In this document: in pieces, positions 19,068-24,000 of the stretch | How positions within the stretch are numbered: position 1 is the first letter of the stretch | Layout: each line of letters begins with the position of its first letter | Assembly (NCBI RefSeq): GCF_014646255.1 | Contig: NZ_BMNC01000004.1 | Span: 178,480-202,479, forward strand | Source: Lentzea pudingi | Lineage (GTDB): Bacteria; Actinomycetota; Actinomycetes; Mycobacteriales; Pseudonocardiaceae | DNA: 24,000 nucleotides | Direction of reading: 5' to 3' | Notes under the pieces: model-generated | Databases searched by the model: none | The model's input: the letters and a program-made list of their open reading frames with translations, nothing else | What the model was told of the DNA's origin: nothing | Program-made: the position numbers and the translations under genes

Positions 19068-19120
19068 CCGGGCCGGCGCGGGGAGCTGCGATGTTTCAAC
19101 TTCCCCGCGCCGGGGCCCGG
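19068..19120. other. Long imperfect GC hairpin (17 paired bases, 17-nt loop) between the SARP gene and the GAF-ANTAR gene
   Basis: GGCGCGGGGA (19075-19084) pairs with TCCCCGCGCC (19102-19111). CCGGGCC (19068-19074) pairs with GGCCCGG (19114-19120) across a 2-nt bulge. It lies 195 nt downstream of the SARP stop, so it is a possible terminator or insulator, but its function is unproven. Confidence 0.3.
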
Positions 19121-19314
19121 CCGGTCTGCTCGTAGGCAGGCCTACCGTGCTCACGCGCACGTGCACGGCGTTGACTCAGTACCCGTCCGGCGTCGATCTC
19201 ACTCCTGAACGGATCATTCGTGACGACGGGCTGCGCGGAGTCGTGCCCTGGGGCCTGCCCGGCGGGTTCGCACAACGGGCCTGCCGCACGGCGGCGCCGT
19301 CCGCTCGCCGCTCG

Positions 19315-22074
19315 TCAAAGATCCTGCCCGGTCCGTTCGGGCAGGGCGTCGAGTTGCTTCCGGACGCGCTCCGCCTCCTCGGTCCTGCCTTGCTGCCGGT
19401 AGATCTCCAGCGCCTCCTGCCACACCGCACGCGCCTGGTCGTGCTGGCCGAGCGCGGCGTGCGGCGCGCCCAGTCCGGCCAGGGCCTCCGCGATCCCGTA
19501 GTCGTAGATGAGTTCTCGTTGCAGCGCCAGGGAATGCCGGTAGTGGTCGACGGCCAGCGCGTGGTCGCCGGCGAGGTGGGCGATGTAGCCGAGGCTGTCC
19601 AGCACCCCTGCCTCACCGGACGGGTCGTCGTGCTCGCGGTAGAGCTCCAGAGCGGCCAGGCAGTGCTCACGCGCCACGTCGTGCTGACCGAGCCGGGCGG
19701 CGAACCAGCCGACGCCGTTGAGCGATCCGGCCTCCCAGACCCGGTTGCCGAGCGCGCGGCAGAGCTCCAGGGAACGGACCGAGTGCTCCAAGGCGCGCGC
19801 GTCGTCTCCTTGTTGCTCGTACGCCCTGGCCAGGGCTGTGTGGGTGTGGGCCTGCGCGGTCTGGTCGTGTTGCCGCTCGGCCAGGACGAGAGCGCGCAGG
19901 AGGTGGTGGAGGGCCTGCCGGTGCCGGCCGAGGTCGGCGTTGGCGAGTCCCAGCTGGCGGTGGCCGAGCACGGTGGCGGCCACGTCGGGTCCCTGCTCGC
20001 TCGCGACCAGCCCGGTCTCCCAGGCACGGATCTGGGCGTGGTGGTGTCCGCGGAGCTGGTGGAAGGTGGACAGCGACCACGCCAGCTGCCAGACGGCGCG
20101 GCGCCACCCCAGTGCCGCGGTGGCGTGCTGGGCCGCCAGCAGACAGGCGTGCTCCGCGTCGAACCACGCCATGGCCGCCGCTGTGTCGGGCAACGGCTGA
20201 GGGGTGTGGCTCGGTCCGTCGAGCTCGATGTCCACGCGGTGCGGATACAGGAGGCGATCGGCGGCATGGGCGGTGTGCAGGTAAAAGCCGATCACCCGGC
20301 GCAGCGCCGACTCCCGCGCCTCCCCGTCCAAGGTGCGGTGCGCGACGTCCGCGGCGTAGTGGCGGATCAAGTCGTGCATCCCGTAACGGCCTTCGGCGCC
20401 CTGGCTGATGAGCGACGCCTGTTCGAGACCGCGCAGCGCGGTCCTGGCCTTGGCCTGGGACAGACCGGTCAACGCCGCGGCGCCGGGCAGGCCGATGCCC
20501 GGTCCCGGCGCGATGGCGAGCAGTCCGAGCACCTCGGCCTGCTCACCGGTCAGCGCGGTGTAGGACAACGACAGCACGGCGGGCAGGCTCGCGACGGGGT
20601 CTCCCTCGTCGAGCACGTCCAGCAGGCTTTCGCGCAACTCGGCCGTGAGCGCGGACAGCGACGTCCCGGGACAGGTGTGCACGCGTCCCGCGATGATGCT
20701 CAACGCGAGCGGGTAGCCGCCGCACAGCTCCACCAGTTCATCGGCGGCGTCGTGCTCCGCTTCGACCTGCGCGGCTCCGAGCCTCGCGACGAGCAGGTCC
20801 CGGGACGCGGTGTCGCTGAGGGCGTCGAGGACCAGGTGCCGGGCGCCGTGCCCCGTGGCCAGTCCGGGCATCCGGTTGCGGCTGGTCACCAGCACCGCGC
20901 ACGACGTGCCGCCCGGCAGCAGCGGGGTGACGTGGGCGGTGTCGGCGGCGTTGTCGAGGACGAAGAGCATCCGCCTGTCCGCGACGAGGCTGCGGAACAA
21001 CGCGCTCTGGGTGTGCGGGTCGGCCGGGATGCGGCCGGGCTCGATCCCGAGGGCGTCGAGGAACCCGCGTACGGCAGCGGCAGGGGACAACGCGCCGCCG
21101 TCGGGGCTGAAGCCGCGCAGGTCGACGTGCAGCTGGCCGTCGGGGAACCGATGGGCGTGCTGGTGCGCCCAGTGCAGAGCGAGCCAGGACTTGCCGATAC
21201 CGCCGGAGCCGACGACGGCCATGATGGAGGAGCGGTCCAGGAGGGAGTCCAGGGCGGTCAGCTCGTCCTGACGGCCGAGGAACGGCGCGGGCGTCATCGG
21301 CAGCTGCCGGGGAGTCGCGTTCCGGGACTCGCCGGCGGGAACGTGATCGGCGGTCAGCAACTGCTGGTGCAGGTCCTGCAACGCGGCGCCGGGCTCGGTG
21401 GCGAGCTCCTCGCGCAGGCGCGCCCGGAACCTCCGGTAGAGGTCCAGCGCGTCGCTGGTGCGGCCGGCCTGCCGCAGCGCCAGCATGTGCTGACCCGTCA
21501 CCCGCTCGTCCAACGGCAGCTGTGCGCCGCGTGCGGACAGCACGCCCACCAGCTGAGCACCTCTTCCGCGACGCAGCAGGGCGTCGGCCAGGTCGTGCTC
21601 GGCCTCCAGCCGCTCCTGCGACAGCCTGTCGCGTTCGGCTTCCGCCCACTCGCCGTTCACGCCGGTCAGCGGCTGGCCCTTCCACAGCGCCAGCGCCTCG
21701 TTCCACAGGCTCACCGCCTCGCCGTCCTCATCGCGCGCACGGGCGCACAGTGCGCGGAACTGCTGCAGGTCCGTCACCGGTTCGGTGTCGGCGAGCAGGG
21801 CGTAGCCGCCGGAACGGGACGCGATTCTCACACCGGTCCCCGCCTCGGCCAGCGCTCGGCGCAGCCGGGAGATGTAGCTGTGCAGGACCGTCCGTGACCG
21901 GTGCTCCGCGTCCGCTCCGGAAACCCGCACGACCAGACGGTCCACCTGCACGACTCGGCCCCAGTCGAGGGCGAGCGCGGCCAGTACGCACCGTTGCTTG
22001 GGCGTGCCCAGATCGACCGGTCGCCCGTCGACCTCGGCACCGACCTCGCCCAGCAGGCGAACCACCACTGCCAC
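19315..22074 (-). CDS. AfsR/SARP-family regulator (OmpR-type wHTH + BTAD + NB-ARC ATPase + TPR)
   Basis: 919 aa. The N-terminus 'VVRLLGEVGAEVDGRPVDLGTPKQRCVLAALAL...' is a SARP DNA-binding domain. The BTAD reads 'LWKGQPLTG...ERLEAEHDLADALLRRG...LDERVTGQHMLALRQAGRTSDALDLYRRFRARLREELATEPGAALQDLHQQLL'. The Walker A is 'MAVVGSGGIGKSWLA', followed by 'MLFVLDNA', 'VLVTSR' and 'CGGYPLAL'. The C-terminus holds TPR repeats. The GTG start has GGGGAG 7 nt upstream. Confidence 0.92.
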   Translation of the reverse strand: MAVVVRLLGEVGAEVDGRPVDLGTPKQRCVLAALALDWGRVVQVDRLVVRVSGADAEHRSRTVLHSYISRLRRALAEAGTGVRIASRSGGYALLADTEPVTDLQQFRALCARARDEDGEAVSLWNEALALWKGQPLTGVNGEWAEAERDRLSQERLEAEHDLADALLRRGRGAQLVGVLSARGAQLPLDERVTGQHMLALRQAGRTSDALDLYRRFRARLREELATEPGAALQDLHQQLLTADHVPAGESRNATPRQLPMTPAPFLGRQDELTALDSLLDRSSIMAVVGSGGIGKSWLALHWAHQHAHRFPDGQLHVDLRGFSPDGGALSPAAAVRGFLDALGIEPGRIPADPHTQSALFRSLVADRRMLFVLDNAADTAHVTPLLPGGTSCAVLVTSRNRMPGLATGHGARHLVLDALSDTASRDLLVARLGAAQVEAEHDAADELVELCGGYPLALSIIAGRVHTCPGTSLSALTAELRESLLDVLDEGDPVASLPAVLSLSYTALTGEQAEVLGLLAIAPGPGIGLPGAAALTGLSQAKARTALRGLEQASLISQGAEGRYGMHDLIRHYAADVAHRTLDGEARESALRRVIGFYLHTAHAADRLLYPHRVDIELDGPSHTPQPLPDTAAAMAWFDAEHACLLAAQHATAALGWRRAVWQLAWSLSTFHQLRGHHHAQIRAWETGLVASEQGPDVAATVLGHRQLGLANADLGRHRQALHHLLRALVLAERQHDQTAQAHTHTALARAYEQQGDDARALEHSVRSLELCRALGNRVWEAGSLNGVGWFAARLGQHDVAREHCLAALELYREHDDPSGEAGVLDSLGYIAHLAGDHALAVDHYRHSLALQRELIYDYGIAEALAGLGAPHAALGQHDQARAVWQEALEIYRQQGRTEEAERVRKQLDALPERTGQDL

Positions 22075-22172
22075 GACACCGCTCCCCGCCTCGAACCCGT
22101 TCCGTGATCATGGCAGCACGGAGCGAGACGGTGCACGAGTACGGCGGTGATCGAGCTTCTGGCGGCGAACGG

Positions 22173-22197
22173 CCCGCCGATGGACCCCATCGGCGGG
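22173..22197 (-). terminator. Perfect 11-bp-stem hairpin downstream of the secreted-protein gene
   Basis: CCCGCCGATGG (22173-22183), loop ACC, CCATCGGCGGG (22187-22197). It lies 24 nt beyond the stop at 22221 on the minus strand and upstream of the SARP start. Confidence 0.4.
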
Positions 22198-22220
22198 CTG
22201 CTCGGGTCCTGGAGGTGAGC

Positions 22221-22829
22221 TCAGCGAATTCGGTTGATGCAGCCCGCGATGGCGACGGCGAGTGCGATCCTCGGGTTCTCGGCGATGTAGGCCGGGTCGT
22301 TTCCGGCCGCCTTCACGATCGCGTCCCGGGCGCCGTGCAGGCAGCGGGTCGCTTTGCGCAGGGACCAGACGCCGGCCTTCTTGGCGGCGTCGACGATCGA
22401 TCGCCAGTTGTTCTTGACGAACTTGAGGATCTCGGACAACGGGAGTTTCCCGGGCGTGTCGATCGCGCCCTTCTCCATCTCGTTGATCTGCTTGATGCTG
22501 AGCCGGAACGCCGCCACAGCCTCGGCGTCGAGGGCTGCCACCACGTGGTCGGGTGCGTTCAACGACATGCCGTCATCGGTGATGGTGACGTAGGGCTCGA
22601 GGGCCTCGGCCGCGATCGCCACCTCCTGCGGCTTGCGCGCCTCCAGCTCCGCGACGTGGTCGAAGATGGGTTCCTTCGCCATCTGGCTGCCGGCGGTCGC
22701 GGACTCCGTCCGGCTTTCCAGGGCCGCTGTCGCCGCTCCGGTCGTCGCGGCCAGTCCGATCGTCGAGACGAGCGTGAGTGCGACGGCGGTGATCAGACCG
22801 CGACGACGGCCCATGCTGTTCCTGGACAT
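22221..22829 (-). CDS. Secreted hypothetical protein (family not recognised)
   Basis: Track ORF 22221..22931. The ATG at 22829 is preceded by AAGGAGAG. The N-terminus 'MSRNSMGRRRGLITAVALTLVSTIGLAATTGAATA/A' is a signal peptide with a Tat-like RR. The mature part is helical and charged (KQINEMEKGAIDTPGKLPLSEILKFVKNNWRSIVDAAKKAG), with two Cys near the C-terminus. Confidence 0.6.
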   Translation of the reverse strand: MSRNSMGRRRGLITAVALTLVSTIGLAATTGAATAALESRTESATAGSQMAKEPIFDHVAELEARKPQEVAIAAEALEPYVTITDDGMSLNAPDHVVAALDAEAVAAFRLSIKQINEMEKGAIDTPGKLPLSEILKFVKNNWRSIVDAAKKAGVWSLRKATRCLHGARDAIVKAAGNDPAYIAENPRIALAVAIAGCINRIR

Positions 22830-22962
22830 TGTTGCTCTCCTTGGCTGGCCCTCAGTGGAAATCATTGATTCGTATCCTTTTCGCGGCAGAGGCGAGGATT
22901 CGAACAATGTGAACGTAGCGAATGTGTTCACTCCCGTCCCTGTCCCGAAGTACGGTCTTCGG

Positions 22963-23661
22963 TCATCTGGTCTGGGGTGATCCTGTCCGTTGGAGCAGGG
23001 TCATCACCTGGCGGCGATCCCGCAGTTCGAGTTTCATGAGGATGTTCGACACGTGGTATTTGACGGTGCGCACGGTCACTGTCAGCCGGGCCGCGATGTC
23101 CCGATTCGAATCGCCGGTGGCGACCAGGGACAGCACTTCTCGCTCACGTCTGGTCAACCCGTCGAGGTCCACTCCGGCCTCTTCCGCTGCCGCGGAATCC
23201 ACGAAGCTGTCCATCACATGACTTGCGAGAGACGGCGCCAGGAACGCTTGCCGCGCTACGGCCGCCCTGACCGCCGCGATGATCTCCTCGGTGGGCCCGT
23301 CCCGGAGGGCGACGGCTCTCGCTCCGGCACGCATCAGCGGGATCAAGGCGTCGTCGTCGTCGTCCCGTCGCGTCAGGGCCACCACTCGTTTTCCGACGCC
23401 GGCCGCCTCCCGGCACCAGCGCACCGCCTTCCAGCCGGCCGCTGTGCAGTCGATGACCACGACCTCCGCGTCCGACGGCGCACACAGGTCCTGGGCGGCT
23501 GTGGTCGCGCGAACGTTCATCACGCCTGGCAGACAGCGCACCACCTCCATCAATCCGACGCGAAAAGCCGTGTGTTCCATGCTGAGCAGAACCTTCGTGG
23601 TCCGCGGACGGACGTGTGCCTCCCTGCACAGCCCGCTCGACATGGATCGTGGATGGTCCAT
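22963..23661 (-). CDS. LuxR/NarL-family regulator with an atypical (degenerate) receiver domain
   Basis: Track ORF 22963..23829. The ATG at 23661 is preceded by GGGGA. The C-terminal HTH is 'LTRREREVLSLVATGDSNRDIAARLTVTVRTVKYHVSNILMKLELRDRRQV'. The N-terminal REC-like fold has 'KVLLSMEH' where a canonical receiver has 'VLLVDDH', although 'VVVIDC' and 'VVALT' are retained. Confidence 0.85.
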   Translation of the reverse strand: MDHPRSMSSGLCREAHVRPRTTKVLLSMEHTAFRVGLMEVVRCLPGVMNVRATTAAQDLCAPSDAEVVVIDCTAAGWKAVRWCREAAGVGKRVVALTRRDDDDDALIPLMRAGARAVALRDGPTEEIIAAVRAAVARQAFLAPSLASHVMDSFVDSAAAEEAGVDLDGLTRREREVLSLVATGDSNRDIAARLTVTVRTVKYHVSNILMKLELRDRRQVMTLLQRTGSPQTR

Positions 23662-23954
23662 GCAAGTTCCCCCTGCGATCTGGTGCGGCAGCTCGTCCGG
23701 GCACTCCTCGCCGGAGGTCGTCCGAACAGCTGGGGCAACCGTGCGCCACTGATCTTGCAAAGATCGTGTGGCGGTCTTGAACCCGCAGTTCAGGCCTTTC
23801 AGGTCGGGTTTCGGCGCCCCATCCGCCACTCGGTCAGGGGTGTCGTGGAACCCGGGCCGTCGCGTTCGATTTCGCTCGACGGGAACATTCGGTTGAGCCG
23901 ATGTGCCGCGCCGTACGTACCCCCGGTCATGCGCCGCTTGAACGAGGAGTACGT

Positions 23955-24000
23955 ATGACGCACCGCGTGACGGACAGACGGAAGTTCCGCCTGATCGCTT
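23955..24000 (+). CDS. Start of an ORF running off the right edge (possible Tat-signal N-terminus)
   Basis: GAGGAG lies 5 nt upstream of ATG 23955. The translation is MTHRVTDRRKFRLIA..., with an RRxF Tat-like motif. Only 15 codons are visible. Confidence 0.3.
   Translation, partial: MTHRVTDRRKFRLIA

Noticed and set aside
19155-19210. GGGTAC on the minus strand (19186-19181) as a second SigB/F-type promoter upstream of the GAF-ANTAR gene
   Set aside because: The nearest GTT-type -35 element (GTTCAG) is 20 nt away, outside the 14-16 nt window of the consensus. Other GGGTA(T/C) occurrences (1102-1107 on the plus strand, 7102-7097 on the minus strand) likewise lack a properly spaced -35 element.
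19147-21897. 916-aa plus-strand ORF
   Set aside because: It is antisense to the SARP gene. It has no motifs, and the minus-strand frame contains wHTH, BTAD, Walker A/NB-ARC and TPR signatures.

Overview
GC-rich actinobacterial chromosomal segment with strong third-position G/C bias. Most long ORFs in the six-frame track are antisense or out-of-frame shadows of the real genes. I support 17 CDSs plus 2 low-confidence ones, and I recognised no rRNA, tRNA, CRISPR array or mobile element. Layout, left to right: (i) 1-2400, a secreted beta-helix (pectate-lyase fold) protein gene divergent from a LacI-family repressor, with two GGGAAAA-N2-TTTTCCC operator-like palindromes between them. (ii) 2443-3983, an ECF sigma factor divergent from a secreted DUF4394 protein, with no anti-sigma gene. 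(iii) 4133-9851, a dense partner-switching island. It has two stand-alone RsbW-like kinase/STAS pairs flanking a minus-strand gene pair: a STAS-GT4 glycosyltransferase fusion followed 9 nt later by a PAS-PP2C-RsbW-STAS all-in-one protein (the Mycobacterium tuberculosis Rv1364c architecture). There is a textbook SigB/SigF-type promoter (GTTTGA-N14-GGGTAT), but no SigB/F-type sigma gene in the window. (iv) 10090-18953, one minus-strand gene string: GAF-ANTAR, then a 1514-aa soluble hybrid histidine kinase with 7.5 tandem 92-aa HAMP repeats, then ANTAR-GAF-PAS-PAS-PP2C (GTGA start/stop overlap), then CorA. (v) 19315-24000, a SARP/AfsR-type NB-ARC-TPR regulator, an unknown secreted protein, an atypical LuxR/NarL regulator and a partial ORF. 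The most interesting candidates for new biology are the STAS-glycosyltransferase fusion inside a sigma-less partner-switching cluster (a possible enzyme output rather than a sigma output) and the poly-HAMP kinase / double-ANTAR / PP2C / CorA string. All domain calls come from reading motifs in the translations; no database search was possible.
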